NCBI RefSeq assembly: GCF_001017655.1
Contig: NZ_CP010904.1
Location: 780,001-812,000, forward strand
Length of the DNA stretch: 32,000 bases
From: Kiritimatiella glycovorans
GTDB taxonomy: Bacteria; Verrucomicrobiota; Kiritimatiellia; Kiritimatiellales; Kiritimatiellaceae
Direction: 5' to 3'
This document shows, in pieces, positions 17,401 to 25,032 of the stretch. The stretch's first letter is position 1. Each line of letters opens with the position of its first letter. A model generated the notes under the pieces. That model worked only from the letters and a program-made list of their open reading frames with translations. It was not told the origin of the DNA and did not search any database. A program made the translations under genes and the position numbers.

Positions 17401-19607
17401 TACTTGCCCCCTCCCACGTTAATTTCCACAATCGTCATCGTGTCGTTGCCGAAGATGTCCACCACTTTCACCGCGATCTTGCGCCGCCCCGGCGTGACCT
17501 CATGCGCCACGCTGGTCAACTCCAGCGAGCGATCCTTCTTGGTGCGGAAGCTCTGCCACTCGTTCTCGAAAATGTAGTCGCCGGTCCACTCCTCGCGGGT
17601 CTCACCGCTTTCCAGGTCCTGGATGCGAATGATCTCCCGCTTGCTCTCGAAATCGAAATCCACGCTCCAGTAATCGATCCAGTCGGTCCAATGGTCGGTC
17701 AGGGTCTCCCGCTGCATCACGCCCTTCTTGTCCTTGCTCAGCTTCACGATCTGGCCTTTCTCCACCACGATCTTGCTGCCCGCTCGCTTGGTCTTGCCCA
17801 GCGCCTCCTCCGCCTGGGCGATGCTGTCCTGCGAGTAGAAGACCGAAAAATCCGTCAGCTCCACTGCCACCGTCGCGGGCTGGCCTTTCTTGCCGGCCTT
17901 CACATGGGGCTTGACCTCGATGAAGCTCACGTCGTGGAAGACCACCTGGTTCTTTTCCACCGCCCGCTTGTCGAAAACCTCAGCCGGAATGTATTTCGGG
18001 GCGATATCGATGCCCTTGGCCCGCGCCTCATCCAGCACATTGGGGAACAGCCCCATCTCGAACTCGAAGCCGAGGATGTCCACCTTGGTGATGTGCTTCT
18101 TGCGGCACTCCAGAATGATCTCCTCCACGAACAGCCGCGTCACCGGCAGGTTCACCGGCCCGATCGCCACCAACCGCCCGGCCCGCTTGCCATGGAAACT
18201 CTCGAACTGCGCCACCGGCTCCGCCCGGTAGGCCCGCAGGATCAATTCGAGAAACGCCGCCTCTTTCTGCGCCAACTGCTGCGCCTGCTCTTCCTCGCGC
18301 AGGTTCGGGTTGACCCCCACGAAATGCTGCCGCTCGTATTTGCCGAGGTTGAGGATTTCAAAGGCGCGGTAGTCCTGCCCCTCCGCCTTGCGCTGCCGCT
18401 GCACCCCGATCATCCGCTTGCGGGTGGTGTGGATGGCGAACTTGCTCAGATCACTTCCTATCCACCTTCTCTGAGGCGCAAAATAATAGTGAAGTTTTTC
18501 CTTCCCATTTGCTTGTTTGACTCTCTTTACCCTCAACCCTTGGGCGACAGCTATTGTCGTTCCTGATCCACAAAAGAAATCCGCGATCAAGTCGTCGGGA
18601 TTGGTGCTTGCGTCTATAATTCGCTGAATCAGCTCAACTGGCTTCTGTGTCGGGTATCCAACTCGCTCAGTTTTATCTGAAGGCATGATCGGCTGAATTG
18701 TCCACCAATCCTCAGGGTGTTTCCCCTTTTCATTCGGCACATAGCCTTCATAGACGGCATTATCTCGATACGACTTGTCATACCTACTGGGGTCAGAGTT
18801 TAAAACATCCTCGGAGTATGGAATCCGAACATCGTCCAAATTAAAGGTGTAAGCGTCACCTTTTGAATAGCGGAATATCGTATCGTGCTTTGGTGCAAAA
18901 TCATTCTTTGGAACACCACCCCCGCGATAACACCAGCGGATTTGGTTTCTCTGGTTACCGCTGCCGAAAATGTCATCCATCACCAATCTAATAAAGCTAT
19001 TCACCCGCCAATCACAATGCACATAAATACTCCCATCCTCGGCGAGCAGGTCCCGCATGAGGATGAGGCGTTCGTAAATCATGGCGATGAAGGAATCCGC
19101 CCCTTTGCCCCAGGTGTCGCGGTAGGCGATTTCTTCGAGGATGTTGGGCTTTTTCGTGAAGGTGTCGCCGCCGATCTCGATATCCATGGAGAAATCCGCG
19201 CCCACGTCGAAGGGCGGGTCGATGTAGATCAGCTTCAGCCCGCCCTGCGCCTCGATCTCCTCGCGCAGCGGCCCGTTTTTCAAAGACGACAGGATCAGCT
19301 TGTTGTCGCCCCAGATCAGCTTGTTCGTCCAGCCCTTGAGCTGCCGCCCCCGCGTATCAACATCAAACAAACTGGTTTGGGTGTATTCGGCTGTATCCGA
19401 TGTCGATTCCGCCCGAGGCTCATCCACCTGCTCGATGGTCTGGAACGGCAGCACCAGATTGCAGACCTCGTTCGTCTTCCCGTTCCAGACCAGCTCCACC
19501 TCCCGCTTATCCTCGAACAGCAGAAAGCGATACTTCTCCGGCAACTCCTTGCCCGCCTCAATGAAGCGGACGATCTCCTGTTTTTCCTGATCAGTCAGTT
19601 TCAGCAT
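17400..19607 (-). CDS. mod: Type III R-M DNA methyltransferase, Mod subunit (beta-class N6A/N4C)
   Basis: Motif IV LIYIDPPFD precedes motif I FFCGSGTT, which is the beta-class order. 735 aa, immediately upstream of res. Confidence 0.85.
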   Translation of the reverse strand: MLKLTDQEKQEIVRFIEAGKELPEKYRFLLFEDKREVELVWNGKTNEVCNLVLPFQTIEQVDEPRAESTSDTAEYTQTSLFDVDTRGRQLKGWTNKLIWGDNKLILSSLKNGPLREEIEAQGGLKLIYIDPPFDVGADFSMDIEIGGDTFTKKPNILEEIAYRDTWGKGADSFIAMIYERLILMRDLLAEDGSIYVHCDWRVNSFIRLVMDDIFGSGNQRNQIRWCYRGGGVPKNDFAPKHDTIFRYSKGDAYTFNLDDVRIPYSEDVLNSDPSRYDKSYRDNAVYEGYVPNEKGKHPEDWWTIQPIMPSDKTERVGYPTQKPVELIQRIIDASTNPDDLIADFFCGSGTTIAVAQGLRVKRVKQANGKEKLHYYFAPQRRWIGSDLSKFAIHTTRKRMIGVQRQRKAEGQDYRAFEILNLGKYERQHFVGVNPNLREEEQAQQLAQKEAAFLELILRAYRAEPVAQFESFHGKRAGRLVAIGPVNLPVTRLFVEEIILECRKKHITKVDILGFEFEMGLFPNVLDEARAKGIDIAPKYIPAEVFDKRAVEKNQVVFHDVSFIEVKPHVKAGKKGQPATVAVELTDFSVFYSQDSIAQAEEALGKTKRAGSKIVVEKGQIVKLSKDKKGVMQRETLTDHWTDWIDYWSVDFDFESKREIIRIQDLESGETREEWTGDYIFENEWQSFRTKKDRSLELTSVAHEVTPGRRKIAVKVVDIFGNDTMTIVEINVGGGK

Positions 19608-19654
19608 TTGCTGTCCTTAGGGATGTTCTGATGCCGCGTAAACAGTGGCTAGAA

Positions 19655-19735
19655 ACATAACGTCGCGAGTCACCGGACATCGGAAGACGCGCTCGGCGCG
19701 GCTTTCGATGGTACGGTGGACTCGTCTTGTTGGCT
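19655..19735 (-). other. attC-4 (attC of the HEPN / T5orf172-CSD cassette)
   Basis: The minus strand reads AGCCAAC-AAGAC-GAGTC(C)ACCG-..CATCG(A)AAG-c-CGCGC-cga-GCGCG-t-CTT(C)CGATG..-CGGTGACTC-GCGAC-GTTATGT. It is 81 bp and forms a nearly continuous hairpin with an extrahelical C on the R''/L'' arm. R'' is the exact complement of GTTGGCT at 22593-22599. Confidence 0.8.
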
Positions 19736-19758
19736 GGTCTCTATTGCCTTCGAAATCT

Positions 19759-21102
19759 GGTTCTTTCTCGAATTTTGTGGATGAAAGCGTGAGACATCGC
19801 CCCAGATCTGCGTAAATGGTTGTGAACGCAATCATATACAGCAGGAGGAAGCGATGTCTCAGAAGTCATTGTTCACAGATTTGCTCGGGATTCAAGGATG
19901 GGGCGTAGTCGCCGGTGGAATTCGTATCGAGGAAGATGGCAGTGTGACGGTTCGAATCGATCGACGCAGTGTTGGTTACAGCTGTGGTCAGTGCGGGGAG
20001 GGGCTGTTGTTCACATACGACACGCAGCCACCGCGACGGATCCGGGACTTCCCGATCTGGGGCCGACAGTGCTACTTGGAAGTCGAGTTCGTCCGTGTGG
20101 ATTGCCCTCGTTGCGGCGTGGTCATCGAGGGCTTGGACTGGGTTGAACGGTATGCTCGCCAGACCGTCCGTTATGAGAAGTACGTGGCAGGCTTGTGCGA
20201 TCTGCTGCCAGTCAGCGATGTGGCCGCCCTGGAGGGCCTGAGTAAAGATGCCGTTTACCGAATGGACAAGAAGTGGCTGCAACGGCGTGATGCCAAGCGA
20301 GAGGAGCGCACGGTGCGATATCTGGGGATCGATGAGATCTCGCTGCGCAAGGGGCACCGCTACGCCACGGTTTTCTATGACTTGGAGCGCAAGGAGGTGA
20401 TCGGCTTGGTAAAGACACGCAAGGAGCGCGCTGTGGGCGGGTTCTTCCGCTGCTTCGGTCGCAAGCGCTGCAAGGCTGTCGAGGCCGTGTGCATGGACCT
20501 CTGGCAGCCCTTCCTGAACAGCGTCCGACGGCACTGCAAGAACGCCGTCGTTGTCTTCGATAAGTTCCATGTCTACAAGTACCTCAGTGATGCCATTGAG
20601 GCCGTACGTCGCCACGAGCAGTCCATATGCTCTGACGAAGAGGGCAAGCTGATCAAGGGCACGCGCTGGCTCTGGCTCAGGGCCTCACGCAACCTGAAGC
20701 GCAAACACAAACAGACTCTCGAACAGATCATGGCAATCAACCGACAATTACAGAAAGCGTACCTGCTCAAGGAGGACTTCGAGGCGTTCTACGCGTGCTC
20801 GACACGCGAAGAGGCCGAAGCCTTCCTGAAGGGGTGGATCAAGCGGTGTAAGCAGAGCCGGCTGGAGCCATTCATCAAGCTCGCCAAGCGCCTGGTCCGG
20901 TGGTCGCACGGCATCTTCTCCTACTTCGAATATCGCATCACCAACGGCGTGGCCGAGGGCATCAACAACAAAATCAAAGTACTCAAACGCAGGAGCTATG
21001 GCTTCCACGATGAGCACTACTTCTTCCTCAAAATACTCAATGCAACTGGAGCCCTACCCAGCTTCGAGCAACTCAGTGACCCACAATTTTAGCGAAAGAA
21101 CC
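19759..21102 (+). mobile_element. ISL3-family insertion sequence, copy 1 (1344 bp), 8-bp TSD CGAAATCT
   Basis: IRs are GGTTCTTTCTCGAATTTTGTGG (left) and GGTTCTTTCGCTAAAATTGTGG (reverse complement of right). CGAAATCT occurs at 19751-19758 and 21103-21110. There is a single 412-aa transposase ORF. Confidence 0.9.
19854..21092 (+). CDS. ISL3-family transposase
   Basis: 412 aa with an N-terminal zinc-finger-like CGQCG...CPRCG and a DDE_Tnp_ISL3-type core. RBS AGGAGGAAG precedes the ATG. Confidence 0.9.
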   Translation: MSQKSLFTDLLGIQGWGVVAGGIRIEEDGSVTVRIDRRSVGYSCGQCGEGLLFTYDTQPPRRIRDFPIWGRQCYLEVEFVRVDCPRCGVVIEGLDWVERYARQTVRYEKYVAGLCDLLPVSDVAALEGLSKDAVYRMDKKWLQRRDAKREERTVRYLGIDEISLRKGHRYATVFYDLERKEVIGLVKTRKERAVGGFFRCFGRKRCKAVEAVCMDLWQPFLNSVRRHCKNAVVVFDKFHVYKYLSDAIEAVRRHEQSICSDEEGKLIKGTRWLWLRASRNLKRKHKQTLEQIMAINRQLQKAYLLKEDFEAFYACSTREEAEAFLKGWIKRCKQSRLEPFIKLAKRLVRWSHGIFSYFEYRITNGVAEGINNKIKVLKRRSYGFHDEHYFFLKILNATGALPSFEQLSDPQF

Positions 21103-22029
21103 CGAAATCTTGGCATCAATCGCGCACGGGCCTTGGGGGCGTCTGCCGAGAAGGAAGGTAACTTCGGCCCCTGGGGTCGCCAGTTCTTGATCGCTGCTGG
21201 AAAGCTGCGAACGGTGGAGGAAGACGTCTGGTTGCTTGTCACACGAGACAAACCCGAAACCCCGACTCCGATCGAACCAGATGACGCGACCCGTCCACCT
21301 GTCCCTTTGCTGTGACTCCTCAAGATAGGCATCGATAGCCTCGACTGCTTTCCTGAGCGACAGGGCGAAGAACTCGCGATCCATCCGTAACCGGTAATCA
21401 ACCAAGCGGCGGTGAATCTCGGCCTCCGCCTTCTGGGCGTCAAGGACCCGATAGGTGCGCCGTGCAGCCCAAGGTACAAGAACGCCCGTTGCGGAGTTGA
21501 TCTCACGAACCCGATCGGCCACGGACCTGTCCGTCCTGCCGATCTTCAGTACCTCGGGTTGCTCACGAGTCGACAGGATGTAGATCCATCCCGCCCCTTC
21601 AGAGTAGGTCTGCGATGCCAGGCCGTTCTGGTAGACGTGGAGGTACTGCAACACGTTGGTTGAAATCAACGCTTGCAGACATTCTGCATAGGCGTCCTCG
21701 TCACCGGCGATAGCTGCTCGACGGAGCGAGACAAGGTGACTGGCCATCTGTCTCAGGGCTTTGCGCGGAGGGGAGCCTAGCTCACTGAATACAGTAAACC
21801 AGTCCCACTGGTCCTCCCGCACGCAGCGGTTGGCCATGCCCTTGGCTTCGCTGAGGAGCTCAGGGACGACCTCTCCGATACTGAGATTGCCCGCGAGTAT
21901 ATCGCAAAGATGCTGGACTGCATCGTCATACCGCCGACGCATTCGGGTCGAGATGGGTGCCATACCGAAGCCCCACTTCGCGATGTGCATCCTCTGAGAT
22001 TGCGGCCCTCTTCCTTCCACGGAGGTCAT
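21073..22029 (-). CDS. T5orf172 (GIY-YIG superfamily) + cold-shock-domain fusion protein, 3' tail interrupted by ISL3 copy 1
   Basis: The N-terminal about 140 aa are unassigned. T5orf172-like block: GWIYILSTREQPEVLKIGRTDRSVADRVREINSATGV...AEAEIHRRL...REFF. CSD block: GRVIWFDRSRGFGFVSCDKQPDVFLHRSQL...GAEVTF. The last 9 codons are IS-derived. The native ORF (335 aa) resumes at 19750 and stops at 19670. Confidence 0.75.
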   Translation of the reverse strand: MTSVEGRGPQSQRMHIAKWGFGMAPISTRMRRRYDDAVQHLCDILAGNLSIGEVVPELLSEAKGMANRCVREDQWDWFTVFSELGSPPRKALRQMASHLVSLRRAAIAGDEDAYAECLQALISTNVLQYLHVYQNGLASQTYSEGAGWIYILSTREQPEVLKIGRTDRSVADRVREINSATGVLVPWAARRTYRVLDAQKAEAEIHRRLVDYRLRMDREFFALSLRKAVEAIDAYLEESQQRDRWTGRVIWFDRSRGFGFVSCDKQPDVFLHRSQLSSSDQELATPGAEVTFLLGRRPQGPCAIDAKISGSFAKIVGH

Positions 22030-22583
22030 GGTTCAAGACCCTCCGCGCCAGCGGCGATATCGTCTAATCCTTCGCTGGCTGTCTGGTCGTGAGTGACACT
22101 GCAGATCTCAGGCACGATCATATTGAAGTCGTGCTTCAGCGAAGCTGTTTGGCTTAGAGCGTACTCAAGGCTGATGAACAGGGGTTGAGGCCATTTCTGT
22201 CCGTTCTTATCAAAGGGGTACCGAGTGTACTCGGCGTGCGCCCAAGGTGGATTCCATTTGCTGAAGGCGTCTATGTCGCTGACAAAGGTGAAGCGGTCGC
22301 CGTAGTGTGACCGAAAATCGTTGTGGAGAGTGTGAAGATTGTGGCCAGCCACGGGTTCGCCTGTTGCGGACATGATCGCGCCCTTGAAGAAGATCTCAAG
22401 AGCTTGCTCGAAGAGATGTGCAGCGGCTCGAACATGCTCGAAAGAGCGAGGGAGGCGGGATCTCACAATCGCGCTGAACGCATGATGACTGCAATCCAAG
22501 TAGGCTTGGGCGAGCCGAAATAGCTGATCCACAGGCGGCCAGTTTTCGCTGTCGCGTGATGTGATTCTGTCTGTCGCTGTCAT
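22026..22583 (-). CDS. HEPN-like domain protein (185 aa from ATG 22583)
   Basis: AAHLFEQALEIFFKGAIMSATGEPVAGHNLHTLHNDF and HAEYTRYPFD resemble the PF05168-type HEPN pattern (QA.EK.LKA....g....H.L..L ... RYP). The GTG at 22604 used by the ORF track lies inside the preceding attC, so ATG 22583 is preferred. The stop overlaps the next ATG (ATGA). Confidence 0.55.
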   Translation of the reverse strand: MTATDRITSRDSENWPPVDQLFRLAQAYLDCSHHAFSAIVRSRLPRSFEHVRAAAHLFEQALEIFFKGAIMSATGEPVAGHNLHTLHNDFRSHYGDRFTFVSDIDAFSKWNPPWAHAEYTRYPFDKNGQKWPQPLFISLEYALSQTASLKHDFNMIVPEICSVTHDQTASEGLDDIAAGAEGLEP

Positions 22584-22592
22584 TCGTTTCTC

Positions 22593-22652
22593 AGCCAACG
22601 TCACGGCTGAGGCGACGGCGTTTCGCCGGTAGCCTCCGGCCGTTTGTTCGAG
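22593..22652 (-). other. attC-3 (attC of the small secreted-protein cassette)
   Basis: The minus strand reads CTCGAAC-AAA-CGGC(CG)GAGGC-ta-CCGGCG-aaa-CGCCG-tc-GCCTC(A)GCCG-TGAC-GTTGGCT. It is 60 bp. R'' is the exact complement of GTTCGAG at 22990-22996. Confidence 0.7.
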
Positions 22653-22657
22653 GGCCC

Positions 22658-22981
22658 TTATGGTCCGTGATGAAACTCGATGATTTCTCCGTCCATGAAA
22701 TGGTAGATGCTGATGTTGCCTCCGAGTCTTGGCTTCTTAAATGCGAAGGAATACAGCCAGCAGGGCCCCTTCCGCGGGTGGCCTTCCGAGTAGTGGTGTC
22801 TCACCGATGTAAGGTACTTGTCACAGTAGTCCTGCTTGGCCTCGGATTTCAGGTATTCCTTGATGATGTCCACGGATTGGAAGAGCGAAATCTCGGGTTC
22901 GTACGGTTTGACTGCGTCCTCTCCGGAAGAGGGATTTGTAAGCAGTAGTGCCGCGACAATCGCTAGACATATCTTCTTCAT
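22658..22981 (-). CDS. Small secreted/periplasmic protein of unknown function (107 aa)
   Basis: Signal peptide MKKICLAIVAALLLTNPSSG. RBS GGAGAG lies 5 nt upstream. It is the only ORF in a 397-bp cassette. Confidence 0.65.
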   Translation of the reverse strand: MKKICLAIVAALLLTNPSSGEDAVKPYEPEISLFQSVDIIKEYLKSEAKQDYCDKYLTSVRHHYSEGHPRKGPCWLYSFAFKKPRLGGNISIYHFMDGEIIEFHHGP

Positions 22982-22989
22982 AGTCTCTC

Positions 22990-23048
22990 CTCGAACGTCG
23001 CGGATCAGGCGCGGCTACAAGCCGTCGCCTGCATCCGGCTTGTTGGGC
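22990..23048 (-). other. attC-2 (attC of the methyltransferase cassette)
   Basis: The minus strand reads GCCCAAC-AAGCC-GGAT(G)CAGGCG-a-CGGCT-tgt-AGCCG-CGCCTGATCC-GCGAC-GTTCGAG. It is 59 bp with textbook R''-L''/L'-R' geometry and one extrahelical G. R'' is the exact complement of GTTGGGC at 23852-23858. Confidence 0.85.
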
Positions 23049-23053
23049 TGCTC

Positions 23054-23824
23054 CTATTCTGTCCCTATGATACCGGGAGGTATGTCCGCGTTCTTCCTTC
23101 CTGCCACGGCGAAATAGTACAAAGGCTCTCCTTCGATAGAGAGGCGGTGTCTGTATCGCTCCAGGTGATACAGATCGAGGTACTCCGAGAAAATCAGCTC
23201 TCGTATGGCTTTCGAGAACCCGCTCGTATCGCTGTTGTCCAGAAAGGTCTCCTTGATGTTGAAGGCCACCCATCCCTCCGCACCGAGAAGATTGAACGCC
23301 TGGATGAAGGCATCCTTTGGGATGTCGCCGAAACCGAGAGCGGCGACACAGGTAAGGCAATCGAGCGACCATGACTTCAGATCCTCTTTCTCTTCTTGCG
23401 GAAGGGCCGTGAAGTCCGTCACGTAGTACTCGTCGTACACTCCCGGACGGTCCCGTTCGGTTGCGTCTTTTGCTTCGGGGATGATATCCGCACCAATAAT
23501 CCGAGAGATGCCGATGCCCTTGAGTATTTCGCCCACCATGCCGTTGCCGGCACCAAGGTCCAGCACCCTCAACCCCGTGAGATTGAAATGGGACTGCTCG
23601 ACCGTTGTACGCAGTATCTCGCAAACCTTCTTGTGCGAGCAGCACTTGAGTCTGTCGTAGAAGAGTTGCTCGTAGAGACCTGGAACCTTGTATATCTCAT
23701 CGTAGTCATGGAACCGGATAGTGCGACTCGTGCCATTCTGAAACACGTCGAAATGGGCTTCGTCCTGATCCAGGTCTTGAGAATTGCGCGGAAACTGTAT
23801 CTTATGTCGCTTCGTCGATGGCAT
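23054..23824 (-). CDS. Class I SAM-dependent methyltransferase (256 aa from ATG 23824)
   Basis: SAM motif I LRVLDLGAGNGMVGE, then an acidic residue after beta-2 (IIGADI). ATG 23824 has AAGAAAGGA upstream. The TTG at 23857 used by the ORF track coincides with the cassette's first three bases and is unlikely. Confidence 0.75.
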   Translation of the reverse strand: MPSTKRHKIQFPRNSQDLDQDEAHFDVFQNGTSRTIRFHDYDEIYKVPGLYEQLFYDRLKCCSHKKVCEILRTTVEQSHFNLTGLRVLDLGAGNGMVGEILKGIGISRIIGADIIPEAKDATERDRPGVYDEYYVTDFTALPQEEKEDLKSWSLDCLTCVAALGFGDIPKDAFIQAFNLLGAEGWVAFNIKETFLDNSDTSGFSKAIRELIFSEYLDLYHLERYRHRLSIEGEPLYYFAVAGRKNADIPPGIIGTE

Positions 23825-23851
23825 GATGTCCTTTCTTGTTGCTGTTTCTGA

Positions 23852-23931
23852 GCCCAACGCCCACCTTGACCGGCGCAGTGAGGCCGCGTCCGCGCGGCCT
23901 TACTGCGTACGTGTCGAAGGTGTTGTTCGCT
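23852..23931 (-). other. attC-1 (attC of the first, attI-proximal cassette)
   Basis: The minus strand reads AGCGAAC-AACA-CCTT(C)GAC(A)CG-ta-CGCAGT-a-AGGCCGCG-cgga-CGCGGCCT-c-ACTGCG-c-CGGTCAAGG-TGGGC-GTTGGGC. It is 80 bp with two extrahelical bases on the R''/L'' arm. R'' is the exact complement of GTTCGCT at 24927-24933. It overlaps the stop of the 138-aa ORF. Confidence 0.8.
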
Positions 23932-24316
23932 CCTCTCCATCGATTCTTCTTCGGATCTCGTTCACGGCTTGAATGTCCGTTGGATCAATGCCCTCCTTTC
24001 GCAACGTGCGAAGAAACTCAAGGATGCGCCCGCTCTTGGGGCGCCACTCTGAACCTGCTTCAATCACTGGTGCGAGGTCGTCAACCAGAGAGAGAACTTG
24101 CCTTGTCTCTCGCTCCGTCACGCACTGAAGAATCCCCGCACGGATCAGGCCGCTGACCCCGCCAGATTCACGGGTGCTGGCAAGGCGTCGATATTCAAAT
24201 GCGATCTCACGGAGGATTAGACGGCGTGTTAGCTTCTCTTGGAAGGCGGAATGCAACCGGTACCCCAAGAGCACGCCGAGTAACGTCGCCAGAATGGACA
24301 GTAGTGCCGTCTCCAA
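23900..24316 (-). CDS. Hypothetical membrane-anchored protein (138 aa)
   Basis: N-terminal TM helix METALLSILATLLGVLLGY, followed by a charged soluble region. It starts 18 nt downstream of the 186-aa ORF and lies in the same cassette. Confidence 0.55.
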   Translation of the reverse strand: METALLSILATLLGVLLGYRLHSAFQEKLTRRLILREIAFEYRRLASTRESGGVSGLIRAGILQCVTERETRQVLSLVDDLAPVIEAGSEWRPKSGRILEFLRTLRKEGIDPTDIQAVNEIRRRIDGEERTTPSTRTQ

Positions 24317-24334
24317 GTGTGCTGCCTCCCTATA

Positions 24335-24895
24335 TCAATCCCACCATTGCCTGAACTGGGTGCAGATGAGCAGCCCTATCGTCTTGGGTAGCTCTCTGCA
24401 CGGAACGTACTGGTCTTCCGAATCCTGCACCTTGCTTGTCACCCAAGAGCCGAGAACTGTAGGTGCGATAAGGTCGTGCTCTACGCCTTCAGCTTGAAGC
24501 CGTGGACACTCCGCAGCGAAGTACTGCTGACAGTCACGATACGCTTCCATGAGTGCATTCTCGGCTGATGTCCTGTCAAGGAACTGACCGGTTTCTGCCC
24601 CTGCTGGTATCGATTTGGGAAGAAGCCGTGGCAAGGTACCCCACACGGCGTGAAACGCCGACTCTGTCTCGCGTTGCGTATATCGCTTGCTCTCAAGAAC
24701 GAGAACGCCGAAGAAAGTCGCGGCAACACCCGTGAAGTAGGCCCACGTTGCCTTGTGCGGCTCGGCTATGTCGGGGAAGTCTTTGCCGAGCCTGTCGAAC
24801 CACCTAGGCATTGCCGTAGCGACCGCTTCAGTTAGCTCGTTGGCACGAGCCTGGAGTTCCCTCTTTGATTGGCTTCCTCCGAATAGCCCCATCAT
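24335..24895 (-). CDS. Hypothetical protein (186 aa) with one predicted hydrophobic helix
   Basis: RBS GGAGGAAG precedes ATGATG. There is a hydrophobic segment WAYFTGVAATFFGVLVL. I recognise no motif. It is the first ORF after attI. Confidence 0.55.
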   Translation of the reverse strand: MMGLFGGSQSKRELQARANELTEAVATAMPRWFDRLGKDFPDIAEPHKATWAYFTGVAATFFGVLVLESKRYTQRETESAFHAVWGTLPRLLPKSIPAGAETGQFLDRTSAENALMEAYRDCQQYFAAECPRLQAEGVEHDLIAPTVLGSWVTSKVQDSEDQYVPCRELPKTIGLLICTQFRQWWD

Positions 24896-24926
24896 CTTCC
24901 TCCGGTGTGATCATGTCATCTGGCAA

Positions 24927-25025
24927 GCGAACAAATTATTAATTCGTTTCTTTATATCTCGCCCTAGGTGTTGCCGATCATGAGTGCCCGATCAGACAAC
25001 TCCACCCGTGGATATACACATAACA
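24927..25025 (-). other. attI region (approximate), with the attI/cassette-1 junction at G|TTCGCT (24933|24932)
   Basis: AT-rich segment (about 35% GC) between intI and the first cassette. On the minus strand there are GTT-type heptamers at GTTATGT (25025-25019), GTTGTCT (25001-24995) and the junction GTTCGCT (24933-24927). The first two may be IntI-binding direct repeats by analogy with attI1 DR1/DR2. Confidence 0.45.
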
Positions 25026-25032
25026 ATTAGCA

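Noticed and set aside
15406-17577. 723-aa ORF on the + strand
   Set aside because: It is antisense to the Type III res gene, which has clear helicase motifs. The composition is low-complexity and Arg/Leu/His-rich.
19617-19835. 72-aa minus-strand ORF between mod and the ISL3 transposase
   Set aside because: It spans the ISL3 left end, the target duplication and attC-4 in the wrong frame relative to the interrupted cassette-4 gene. It is better explained by those elements.
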